From contig CATOSK010000009.1 of NCBI GenBank assembly GCA_951812535.1, forward strand, positions 40,436 to 104,435: a stretch of DNA of 64,000 nt, in the 5' to 3' direction. The translations under genes and the position numbers were made by a program. The notes beneath the pieces were generated by a model. That model was not told the origin of the DNA and made no database searches. It was given only the letters and a program-made list of their open reading frames with translations. The stretch comes from an uncultured Dehalococcoidia bacterium (GTDB lineage Bacteria; Chloroflexota; Dehalococcoidia; Lucifugimonadales; UBA3495). Of this stretch, positions 7,817 to 16,496 are shown piece by piece; within the stretch, counting starts at the first letter, position 1; the number at the start of each line of letters is the position of its first letter.

Positions 7817-9127
7817 CTACACTCCATCTTGGGTCAAGTCAGACTCCCGGGAAAACAGGAATCGTTGCATCAGGTCTGCGTACCGTTCCCGCTGGGCTTC
7901 CAGTGGACCAGACTTGGCCAAAAAGTGCTCGTTAACCTGCCGCCGCAAGATTTCCAGTTCGGATTCTTCATCCGGGCTGAGGGCTTCCTTACCCCGAAGC
8001 TCGCGCAGTCGGTTGGCCCGGTCCACCGTAAGCTGGTCCGTCGGCTCATCCACCCCCATCATCGTCCGCAGAATCTCGTCCATCGTCCACCCGATGATGT
8101 CTTGCGGATTTGTCTCAGCGGTGACAACCCCATCCTCACCCCGCTTCAGCAGATGCACCTGCCCCGCCTTCAACCCGGCCACCACAAAGGGAGAATGGGT
8201 CGTTGCAAGAATCTGCAACCCCGGAAAATGCTCCAGCAAAGCCGGAATCACCCGCCGCTGCCAAGTCGGATGCAAATGGTTCTCAATCTCGTCGATCAGC
8301 AGGATAGCGGGTTTCTTTTCCCAGCCGGGCTGCCACTTGTAGTGATAAGCAATCTTCAAGGCCAGAGCATATATCCACAACAGCGTTCCCTGGGTGCCGG
8401 AACTTAGCAAACCCGCATAGAGCGGTGGCCCTAACACCTTGTCGTTGGTAACGATGCCCATCCCGTTATGCACGCTCGTTTCGGTGCGGTCACCGCTACG
8501 ACTGTAAAACTCAGTCAGAGGATGAGGAGAGTTACCAGTAATAACTTCAGGGCAAATCATTTTGGCGCACGAGAATCCGATCTGCACAGCTTGCATCAGT
8601 TGGCTAGCGGAACTATTGTCGTTGACTATTTCACCTTTGGCCAACTCAATTGTCGAATCAACCAAGTGTCCGTAAAATATGCCGCGAGCCGTGTAGAACA
8701 ACAAGTCATCCCAAGGGCTGTGCTCTATATGAGGAAGCGGCGTTACTTTGGACAAATCGCCCATTAGAGTTTGAGGAAGACCTACCCGGGTAGCGGGAAT
8801 ATAAAGCAATGGAACTTCTTGCCATTCAGGTTTGTTGAATGAACCCGGCCAGTCTGTCGTAGGTATCAACCAAGAGTGGGGTATCTGTGTTTCGTCGTCA
8901 TCAAGAACCCCGACCGGGAACTCAGAAAAGGGAGCAGGCACGTAATCTATCTCAGAGACACCATTCAGTGAGTGAATATGTTCGATCAAACGAAGGACCG
9001 TACTCTTGCCGGTCGAGTTAGGTCCGATGAAAAGGTTGACTTGCCCATCGAACTGAATCGAAACCCGTTCAGTAATCGGGGGGATTTGAGACACGGTCAT
9101 CACTGAAAGATGCATGGATAACCCCAC
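7817..9127 (-). CDS. ABC/AAA_15-21-type ATPase, PtuA-like (Septu-like component A)
   Basis: 436 aa. Motifs are Walker A GPNSTGKST, signature-like LSSGTQG, Walker B ILLIDEIENHLHP and H-loop ATTHSPF. No TOPRIM or nuclease domain is present. The start is uncertain (GTG 9127, ATG 9115 or ATG 9100). The 5' two-thirds are visibly AT-richer than the flanks. Confidence 0.65.
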   Translation of the reverse strand: MGLSMHLSVMTVSQIPPITERVSIQFDGQVNLFIGPNSTGKSTVLRLIEHIHSLNGVSEIDYVPAPFSEFPVGVLDDDETQIPHSWLIPTTDWPGSFNKPEWQEVPLLYIPATRVGLPQTLMGDLSKVTPLPHIEHSPWDDLLFYTARGIFYGHLVDSTIELAKGEIVNDNSSASQLMQAVQIGFSCAKMICPEVITGNSPHPLTEFYSRSGDRTETSVHNGMGIVTNDKVLGPPLYAGLLSSGTQGTLLWIYALALKIAYHYKWQPGWEKKPAILLIDEIENHLHPTWQRRVIPALLEHFPGLQILATTHSPFVVAGLKAGQVHLLKRGEDGVVTAETNPQDIIGWTMDEILRTMMGVDEPTDQLTVDRANRLRELRGKEALSPDEESELEILRRQVNEHFLAKSGPLEAQRERYADLMQRFLFSRESDLTQDGV

Positions 9128-9163
9128 TTAACAGATCAACCAACGAACAAACAATCGCGCAGG

Positions 9164-10327
9164 TCAATACCCCTCAAACAGCCTCCCCCACTTCGTATCC
9201 AACGCCGCGTTGATCCGCCGCCGCCCGTGGGTGTTGAGCCAGTAGCCATTGTGGTAGAGGTTGGAGGCTAGGAAGGACCACCCCGCCAGCGGGCTCCGCA
9301 GCAGCGCCTTCTCCAGGAACTTCAGCGGCCCCCAGTAAATCAGCTTCTGCCCCCGGCTGGCGAAGGTATTCTCCACTCCGCTGAACCCCCAGTTGACGCC
9401 GCTGATGTCCTCCCCCACCACCTCAATTTTGGAGAGGTCGCCGCAGCCCAGCCCGCGCTCGTGGGCCAACCGGATAAACTTGATGCTCATCGGATCGAAA
9501 CCCATCATGTGCGCCGCCACCGCGTCGACTGCCACCTGGTCTGCACCGGCCAGGATACGATCCTTGATATGCCATCGCATCGCCCGCGGCCCCGGCCCGT
9601 CCCCGGCAAAAGTCCCGTCCATCACCGCGAAGAGTCCGGGATGAATCTCCTGCTGGATCGCCAGCAAGTCCACCAGCGTTTCGTGGATGACCGAGTGGGT
9701 CCAGTGCCGCTTGCGGTGCAGCAGCCCTCCGAAAGCGTTCTTCATTGCTCCGGTCATCGTGGTGAAGACGTGGGTCTTCATCGTCGGAAGCTGAATGATG
9801 TCCTTTCCCGGAAAAATCTCGGGAATCTGGATGCCCTCCGGAAAAATGTCGTCCAGCACCAGCATTTCAGCTTTCGGCTTGTAGTCGACCCAGACGTTGG
9901 GCGGTGAATCGAGATGCACGGTGGGCAAGTCGTACCGGTCCTGGACAACCTTGTGCTTGTTGTTCACCTCTCCTTCGAACGAATCGACCACCACTGTACC
10001 GTTGTGGGCGGCAATCAGCTCTTGGTGCCCCCGGTTCTGCAAGGCGCGGACAACCCCTTCAAGCTGCCAGGGAGTAGTGGAGCAGCCGGGATACCAGTGC
10101 TGCCATGAAATGTTGATCTTGAGCAGCGTCGAGCGGTCCGGGCTCAAGTGTTGGCCCACCCCGGCCAATGCCATCGCCCGTCCCACGTCATCGAGAACCG
10201 TGTCAGGTTCCGTAGCCACCACCGCTACCACGGGAGATGGAGCAATCCGCGCCTTGTCCGCTGCCAGGGGAGCGTGGTCTGGCCCGGTTGCCGATAGTGA
10301 ATTCTGGGACTCAGTACCGCTGGTCAT
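9164..10327 (-). CDS. DUF362 domain-containing protein
   Basis: 387 aa. LLKINISW, PGCSTTPW, LPTMKTHVFTTMTGAMKNAFGGL and VMDGTFAGDGPGP resemble conserved DUF362 blocks. The N-terminal ~40 aa are low-complexity. Confidence 0.65.
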   Translation of the reverse strand: MTSGTESQNSLSATGPDHAPLAADKARIAPSPVVAVVATEPDTVLDDVGRAMALAGVGQHLSPDRSTLLKINISWQHWYPGCSTTPWQLEGVVRALQNRGHQELIAAHNGTVVVDSFEGEVNNKHKVVQDRYDLPTVHLDSPPNVWVDYKPKAEMLVLDDIFPEGIQIPEIFPGKDIIQLPTMKTHVFTTMTGAMKNAFGGLLHRKRHWTHSVIHETLVDLLAIQQEIHPGLFAVMDGTFAGDGPGPRAMRWHIKDRILAGADQVAVDAVAAHMMGFDPMSIKFIRLAHERGLGCGDLSKIEVVGEDISGVNWGFSGVENTFASRGQKLIYWGPLKFLEKALLRSPLAGWSFLASNLYHNGYWLNTHGRRRINAALDTKWGRLFEGY

Positions 10328-10361
10328 CAGCGCCTCTCAGTGAATTCTGCAGGCTCGGCAT

Positions 10362-11261
10362 TCACGGGTTTAACAAAAGGACTAGCGCCGCCGCTACCAA
10401 CCACCCAAGCACCGCAGCAATCAATTGGGGGTCCCGTGTTGCCAGTTGCTCCGGATATTCCGCCTCTGCGCTGTGATTCAACAGGTACAGGTACCGGAAC
10501 AGGCCAAAGGCGAAAATCGGGACGGTCAACAACATCGTGTGATTGGCCGGCAGATTCTCCGCTTCGATCGCATAGAGAGTATAACTGACCAGTGACGTGG
10601 TTGCGGCAATAGTGAGTAGCTGTCCGATGAACGGCCCGGCGTAACCGGCCAGCACCGGGCGTTGGGCCGCATCCCGGCCGTCCGCCAGCCGCAGTTCTGC
10701 ATACCGCCTTCCCAGGACCACGAAGAGTGCCGCCGCTGCCGTTACGACGTACAGCCACGGCGACGGCGCTACCCCCACCGCCAATGCCCCCGCTCCCGCC
10801 CGCAGCACATACCCTCCGGCCACGATCATCACGTCCACCAGGAGAATGCGCTTGCCTCCGGCAGAATAGGCCAGATTGCTGACCAGGTAAATCGCGCCAA
10901 CCGCCCCTAGATTGACCGACAGCCACAACGCCAGGAGAAACCCTCCCGGACCCAGTACCAGGGCGAGGAAAACCGCTGTAGAGGCCGGCACTCGACCGGA
11001 AGCAATCGGCCGCGCCCTTTTCGTAGGATGCACCGCGTCACTTGTGCGGTCCCACAGGTCGTTCACCAGGTAAACGGCACTGGACATCAGGCAAAACGCG
11101 GCGAACAGCAGCCCCAGCCTCAACACCAACCCTGGAATCGGCTCCGGGTCTTCCAGGGACCAAGCCTGGTCCACTGCAAACAGCAAAGGGACAAAGACCA
11201 GCCCATTCTTGACCCACTGCTTCGGCCGCAAAGCTTCCAGGCCCGCCTTCAAGAGGTTCAT
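10362..11261 (-). CDS. UbiA-family prenyl-phosphate transferase (decaprenyl-phosphate phosphoribosyltransferase-like)
   Basis: 299 aa polytopic membrane protein. LRPKQWVKNGLVFVPL and NDLWDRTSDAVHPTKRARPIASG match the Rv3806c-type UbiA subfamily. Confidence 0.8.
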   Translation of the reverse strand: MNLLKAGLEALRPKQWVKNGLVFVPLLFAVDQAWSLEDPEPIPGLVLRLGLLFAAFCLMSSAVYLVNDLWDRTSDAVHPTKRARPIASGRVPASTAVFLALVLGPGGFLLALWLSVNLGAVGAIYLVSNLAYSAGGKRILLVDVMIVAGGYVLRAGAGALAVGVAPSPWLYVVTAAAALFVVLGRRYAELRLADGRDAAQRPVLAGYAGPFIGQLLTIAATTSLVSYTLYAIEAENLPANHTMLLTVPIFAFGLFRYLYLLNHSAEAEYPEQLATRDPQLIAAVLGWLVAAALVLLLNP

Positions 11262-11305
11262 TTACACGGGCCTACCGATCCGTTGCAAAAAGCCTTGTCA
11301 CAATT

Positions 11306-12232
11306 CTATCCCGACAGCTTCCCATGTTTCCGAAGGTGCAGAAATACGAGGGCGGCTGCCCCTGTCGCCACCGCGAACCAGAGAGTTGCCCCGCGGATCA
11401 ACAGGGTGGCGGCAACGGCAGCATCACGCTCCGCACCGGCTTGCTCAGTCAATACCGTCAATGTACCCTCCGTCCCGCCAATTCCTCCCGGCAACGTGGT
11501 CAACGCCCCTACGATGGTGGAAGCGGCGTAAACTGCGGTGCTCCACCACGGGCCGGGCTCGAATCCCAGCCCCAGCAGGACCACCCAGAACCCCACCCCT
11601 TCGGCCGCCCAAGCCAACCCGGCCAGCATCAGCGCCACCGCCAGGGGTCTCGCCCTCGTAAGGCGCTGCAGCTCCTCCCGGGACTCCATTAACTCCCGCC
11701 GCCACTTCCGAAGCCCGGGCAGCGCCATGAGGAGGTTGCTGTGTCGGGAAAGCAGGAATGCCAACCCGAGGCATCCGGCAGCAAGTACCGTCACCAGCAA
11801 CCATCGGAACACGCCCGGCACCAGCCAGAAACCGGACAACGCAAGGAAGGCAACCGCGGCCAGATCGGTAACCCGTTCCATGAAGATCGCAGGCATGGAA
11901 GCCGTGGCGGGAACCCCGGCTCTCGTCTGCAAGTAGTAACTCTTGGCGAACTCTCCTACCTTCGCCGGTGTTGCCGACATCGCCAGCCCGCCTAGGAACA
12001 CAGTGACGCTTAACCCTGAGCTCACTCGTTGGCCCAGGTAGGTCAGGTAATAGTTCCAACGTAGGAAACGAAGGGCAAAATTAAGACCGGTCAGCGCCAG
12101 CGCGGCCATGAAGTAATGAGCGGGAAACGCCGCCAACCGGTGGGTTACGCCACGGAAATCGCCGTACGCCGCTAACCCGACCAAGAGGGCCGCTGCTATC
12201 AGCCCAACCAACAGGAATTGGCGGACCGTCAA
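11306..12232 (-). CDS. Flippase-like membrane protein (LPG-synthase TM / UPF0104 family)
   Basis: 308 aa with ~8 predicted TM helices. Its TTG start overlaps the larB stop (TTGA), implying translational coupling. The family call comes from general architecture only. Confidence 0.55.
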   Translation of the reverse strand: MTVRQFLLVGLIAAALLVGLAAYGDFRGVTHRLAAFPAHYFMAALALTGLNFALRFLRWNYYLTYLGQRVSSGLSVTVFLGGLAMSATPAKVGEFAKSYYLQTRAGVPATASMPAIFMERVTDLAAVAFLALSGFWLVPGVFRWLLVTVLAAGCLGLAFLLSRHSNLLMALPGLRKWRRELMESREELQRLTRARPLAVALMLAGLAWAAEGVGFWVVLLGLGFEPGPWWSTAVYAASTIVGALTTLPGGIGGTEGTLTVLTEQAGAERDAAVAATLLIRGATLWFAVATGAAALVFLHLRKHGKLSG

Positions 12233-13023
12233 ACCGGATGCCGTGGCTTCTCTTCGTCATAAGGGTTATCGGAGGACTCCATCCGGTTAATCTGGGCCGC
12301 CAGATACCCCGCTCCGAAACCGTTGTCTATGTTGACGACGGCCACCCCTGGCGCGCAACTGTTCAACATGCCCAACAACGCCGCCATGCCTTCAAAACTG
12401 GCCCCGTAGCCCACGCTGGTCGGAACGGCGACGACCGGGGCCGAGACCATCCCCGCCACCACGCTGGTAATCGCCGCCTCCATCCCGGCAACCACCACGA
12501 CCACCCTCGCCGCCAGCAGGGTCGGCCGGACGTCCAGCAGCCGGTGCAGTCCGGCAACACCCACATCGTTGACGCGCAGAGGAGGACTTCCCATCAACTC
12601 AGCGGTCAGCGCCGCTTCTTCCGCCACCGGCAGGTCCGCCGTCCCGGCCGTCAACACCACAACCCCACTCCTCGAGGGAATTGAATCGTCGGCCGGCACG
12701 ACGATAGCCGCGGCCAACTCGTTGAAATTCGCCGACGGAGTGGCTTCCCGGACCACCTCGAATGCTGCCCGGTCGGTCCTCGTCACCAGGACAGGATGAC
12801 CACGCCCCCCCAGTGACCTGACTATTCCCGCTACTTGCGTCGGCGATTTACCCTTGCCCAGTACTACTTCCGGAAACCCGGTCCGCAGAGGGCGGTGGTG
12901 GTCTACTTTCGCGAAATCCAGGTCCTCGTAAGGGTAGTCCCTCAAGAACTCCAGTACATCTTCGACGGACCGGGTTCCCGCTCGCAGGTCATCCAACTGT
13001 CGCCTGAGATTGTAAGCGTCCAT
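12229..13023 (-). CDS. larB: Nickel-pincer cofactor biosynthesis protein LarB (PurE-like NaAD carboxylase/hydrolase)
   Basis: 264 aa. Blocks typical of LarB/CpmA proteins: GFPEVVLGKGK, TAGTADLPVAEEA, VGVAGLHRLL, VVAGMEAAITSVVAGMVSAPVVAVPTSVGYG, NSCAPGVAVVNIDNGFGA. Confidence 0.85.
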   Translation of the reverse strand: MDAYNLRRQLDDLRAGTRSVEDVLEFLRDYPYEDLDFAKVDHHRPLRTGFPEVVLGKGKSPTQVAGIVRSLGGRGHPVLVTRTDRAAFEVVREATPSANFNELAAAIVVPADDSIPSRSGVVVLTAGTADLPVAEEAALTAELMGSPPLRVNDVGVAGLHRLLDVRPTLLAARVVVVVAGMEAAITSVVAGMVSAPVVAVPTSVGYGASFEGMAALLGMLNSCAPGVAVVNIDNGFGAGYLAAQINRMESSDNPYDEEKPRHPV

Positions 13024-13242
13024 AGCTCGGGAGCACCCGGAGAACTAAGGTTGGGCAGTGGCGAAATGTTAGACAGAGGCCTAAACAGTGTCAAGGAGCC
13101 TTTGGCCGAACGCGTCGGATTCCGCGATTAAACCCTTGTTTCCAGGTCGGTTTCGGCTGTCCATTTGCTTTGACACCAACACCGGAACAATGTAGCATAA
13201 TGCGACATTTCGCCCCGGCCAATTGGCATCCCGGGACCGCCA

Positions 13243-15573
13243 TTGCCGGATGAGTTCAGGGGTATTGGCGTGTCAGAAGAAGATTCCAACCCCAGGGATG
13301 GGAACCGGGAGGGCTCGCATCTGGCGGGCCCAACGTCCGACCCGGCATTCCGGCAAGCCCTGGACGAATTGGTTGACTTGGCCAGAGGCGGACAGCGCCG
13401 CGATTCTGACCTGTACAACCCCTCCCAGCAATGGCTCGTTTCCCAGATGCCCGTCCTTCAAGACATCCCGGAGGATCGGAGGAGCGAAATTTTCCAGGAA
13501 GTCCAGTCCCTCCGGCAAGAAGCCGATCGGCTGAACGCTGCCGGCAGGGCCGCCTCTAGGGTCTGGCCCGAAACCGTCGTCCGCTTGGATAATGGTGGGT
13601 TGGACTTCTTCAGCCAGCTGGGAGTCGTCCGGCGTCCCGACCTCACCAAGTACTACATTGACGGCTTTGAACGCAATCGCGACGCCGAGGCATTCACCGA
13701 GGAGGACCAGGCCCGCTTTACCCCGGTTTTCCAAGCAATCGCCCGTCGTATGCAGGATTGTTTCGCCTCCGGCACCGGGATCACACAAACCGACCGGCAG
13801 ATCGGGGATACTCCTGAGCGCTCGTTCCACGCCCGCCAACTGCTCTTCGGGGTCCGCTATCTCCAGGCGCCCTACATGTGGCGCCAGTTGACCTTCGACC
13901 TGCCCAGGGACAGGTACCTGGAATCGCCCGACATTCTCGAAATTTCCATCCCGGATTGGCTCAACGAACTCGACCTACCCGCCGGACTAAGGGAAGAACT
14001 GACTCGGGCCGGGCTGACCCAGCTTATCTTCAAGGCTCCCACCAAGGGCCTCTCCCTCCACTTGGGCTTCGACTACGTGGGCGAGCACAAGATGGGCCCG
14101 CTGTCCATCGCCATGTTCCAGGTCAAGCAAAACAACGGCTTGGCGGTCCAGGCGGCTCTGAGCATGGCCCGCACTCGTACCCTGGACGGACAGATCAAGA
14201 ACACTGGAATGGTCACCATTGGCCCCTCACTACACGGGAAAAGCACCCTGACCATCATGATTGAGTTGGCCGGTAGTGACTTGGCCAAGCTGCTCAACCT
14301 TCCCCAGGACCCCGGCGAAGGGGTCTACCCCATGAACGACGACATAGTCCTGATCCAGCCTCTTGACGAGCCCATTGAAACGATCCGGGACGGTCATCGC
14401 CTCCGTATCACTCATGGCATCGACGGCACCGAGAACAACTTCTATGCCATGCCCTTCGGCTTGACCCGTGACGACGATCCCATAACCTACGATGTGGTTC
14501 GCGGCACCTCGGAAGAACCCAACCCCCAGGAGACCCTCGAAAACGTTCCCGTTAACATCGAGGACTTCACCCCCAACTATCTCGAAAATCCAGTGCGCAA
14601 CATGCGTATGATCCTCTCCCGTTCCCGCCTCCTCGCCCGCAAGGGGACCAAGCATCTCGTTGGCCAGATCACCGGAGGCGCTCTTCAGGACTCAGTCCAC
14701 GTCCCCATGCGCTACACCGACCAGGTATTCTGGCAGGCCGTAATGCGCCAGAACACCGTAATCCCTCCCCTGCGCCGCCTGACCCTGGAACAGTACGTCC
14801 GGGTCCTCATGTACGGAGAAGCGGTCCAGATGGGTGCCGCAGTCGGTGCCATCGGCCGCCCCTACGTGGAATACTTCTCCGACCCTTTTATCATCGGATT
14901 GGAAGACGAAAACGCCAATCTCCTCCACTACATCCTCCAGCAGATGGAAAGGGGTGGGTTGCCCCACCACTACTACGTCTTCAACACCGGCGGCGTCGGA
15001 GCCGATACCAATGAGGAGGCCAGCGGCGCCAGGTATAGGAAAATTCCTCGCGAACTGACCCTCGTCCTCCAGGAAGCCCTCCTCCGGGAAGCCGTCAAGT
15101 TCGAATACGACGTCACTCTCGGATCCGACATTGCCGTGGCCATCGTTGATTCCAACGGCAACGAAGTCATGGACCTTCGGACGGAGTGGTTGCCCATCAA
15201 CATTTACGGCGAGGCTGACTACCAGGCCCGGGTCCTGGAACTCAGCCACCGCCGCTACTACGGCAAGGACGCCGACGACAAGGCCGGCATCCTCCGGTAC
15301 ACCAAGGTCACCGACGCCCTCTTCGACATGAACGACATACCCGCGCCTTGCAACGAACGCGAACTTGCCTGGCTCTTGTCCTTCTACTGGAACGTGGACC
15401 AGGCTTTCAACACCCTCCAGGACCTGGCTCGCCATCTCGACCAGGGTTACAAACCCCGCACCCATCTGCTCCGCGAGCTTAACCGCAAGTTCGCCGTCAG
15501 CGTGCATGATGGCTTGCAGTTGCCCGTCGACAGCGGACACGTCCTGGAACAACTCGGCATCAATCCCGGCTAG
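13243..15573 (+). CDS. Divergent, extended PEP carboxykinase (ATP)-fold protein
   Basis: 776 aa. YVGEHKMG (cf. YAGEMKKG), P-loop GPSLHGKSTLT (cf. GLSGTGKTTLS), NDDIVLI (cf. GDDEHGW), GTENNFYA (cf. EGGCYA) and FNTGGVG (cf. VNTGW) occur in PEPCK order. It carries extra N- and C-terminal regions. The start is uncertain (TTG 13243, or GTG 13270 with an SD-like agggg). Confidence 0.6.
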   Translation: MPDEFRGIGVSEEDSNPRDGNREGSHLAGPTSDPAFRQALDELVDLARGGQRRDSDLYNPSQQWLVSQMPVLQDIPEDRRSEIFQEVQSLRQEADRLNAAGRAASRVWPETVVRLDNGGLDFFSQLGVVRRPDLTKYYIDGFERNRDAEAFTEEDQARFTPVFQAIARRMQDCFASGTGITQTDRQIGDTPERSFHARQLLFGVRYLQAPYMWRQLTFDLPRDRYLESPDILEISIPDWLNELDLPAGLREELTRAGLTQLIFKAPTKGLSLHLGFDYVGEHKMGPLSIAMFQVKQNNGLAVQAALSMARTRTLDGQIKNTGMVTIGPSLHGKSTLTIMIELAGSDLAKLLNLPQDPGEGVYPMNDDIVLIQPLDEPIETIRDGHRLRITHGIDGTENNFYAMPFGLTRDDDPITYDVVRGTSEEPNPQETLENVPVNIEDFTPNYLENPVRNMRMILSRSRLLARKGTKHLVGQITGGALQDSVHVPMRYTDQVFWQAVMRQNTVIPPLRRLTLEQYVRVLMYGEAVQMGAAVGAIGRPYVEYFSDPFIIGLEDENANLLHYILQQMERGGLPHHYYVFNTGGVGADTNEEASGARYRKIPRELTLVLQEALLREAVKFEYDVTLGSDIAVAIVDSNGNEVMDLRTEWLPINIYGEADYQARVLELSHRRYYGKDADDKAGILRYTKVTDALFDMNDIPAPCNERELAWLLSFYWNVDQAFNTLQDLARHLDQGYKPRTHLLRELNRKFAVSVHDGLQLPVDSGHVLEQLGINPG

Positions 15574-15588
15574 CTCCAAGGACTGCAC

Positions 15589-16491
15589 ATGACCAACGCC
15601 GACGGCACCACTTTTACCGGCGTCCATTGGATGCTGGCCACTCCCTTTGACGAGGACGAACGGGTTGACCTCGAATCGACCGCCCGGTTGGTGGAAAAAG
15701 CCCGCGAGACCGGCTGCAACGGCGTCGTTGCACTGGGAGTAACCGGCGAAGTCGCCCGCCTTACCGACAAGGAGCGAACCTGCGTCGCCCGGAAAGTCAT
15801 CAATGCCGCCGCCGGCCTGCCCGTCACCATCGGCACTAGCGCCAACAGCACCAGCGCCGCCATAGAGTACAGCCGGGAAGCTCAGGAACTCGGCGCATCC
15901 GCTGTCATGATTTCCGCACCCACCATGGGCAAGCCAAACCCCGGGGCCCTGCTGGACCATTACCGCCGCATATCCGAGGCTATCGATCTGCCCATCGTGG
16001 TGCAGGACTACCCCCAGACCTCCGGGGTCCACATGTCCCCGGCATTTATCGCGGAACTCGCGGAAAACATCCCCTCCGCCCGGTACCTGAAGCTGGAAGA
16101 CCCGCCGACTCCCACCAAGATTTCCGCAATCCGCAGCCTTATCGGGGACCGGATGGCAATCTTTGGAGGGCTGGGCGGAGTCTTTCTTCTCGATGAACTC
16201 TCCCGGGGCTCAGCCGGGGCGATGACCGGCTTTGCTTACCCGGAAGTCCTGCTCGAAATCTACCGCGCCATGGCCGAGGGCGACCGCGGCCGCGCCGAGG
16301 CAGTGTTCTACCGGACACTGCCCCTCCTGCTATTTGAGTTTCAGGAGGGGATTGGCGTCGCCATCCGCAAGCATGCCCTCTGGCACCGGGGATTGATTCA
16401 GTGCCCCCAAGTGCGCCGGCCCGGGCCGGGAATAACCGAAGAGACCCGCCAGGAATTCCTCGATCTAGCCCGCCAGGTAGGTTTGGAATAA
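15589..16491 (+). CDS. Dihydrodipicolinate synthase/N-acetylneuraminate lyase family protein
   Basis: 300 aa. The DapA-family pattern is PFDEDERVDLESTARLVE...GVVALGVTGE...LTDKER...GTSANST..A..Y...A.ELGA.AVM. The specific substrate is unknown. Confidence 0.8.
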   Translation: MTNADGTTFTGVHWMLATPFDEDERVDLESTARLVEKARETGCNGVVALGVTGEVARLTDKERTCVARKVINAAAGLPVTIGTSANSTSAAIEYSREAQELGASAVMISAPTMGKPNPGALLDHYRRISEAIDLPIVVQDYPQTSGVHMSPAFIAELAENIPSARYLKLEDPPTPTKISAIRSLIGDRMAIFGGLGGVFLLDELSRGSAGAMTGFAYPEVLLEIYRAMAEGDRGRAEAVFYRTLPLLLFEFQEGIGVAIRKHALWHRGLIQCPQVRRPGPGITEETRQEFLDLARQVGLE

Positions 16492-16496
16492 ACCTG

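Noticed and set aside
7140-9163. A retron (RT plus msr/msd) associated with the ATPase/HNH pair, or a Gabija/OLD-type system.
   Set aside because: No reverse-transcriptase ORF is present, and only 36 bp separate the ATPase start from the next gene, which leaves no room for an msr/msd ncRNA. The ATPase has no TOPRIM domain, so Gabija/OLD is unlikely.
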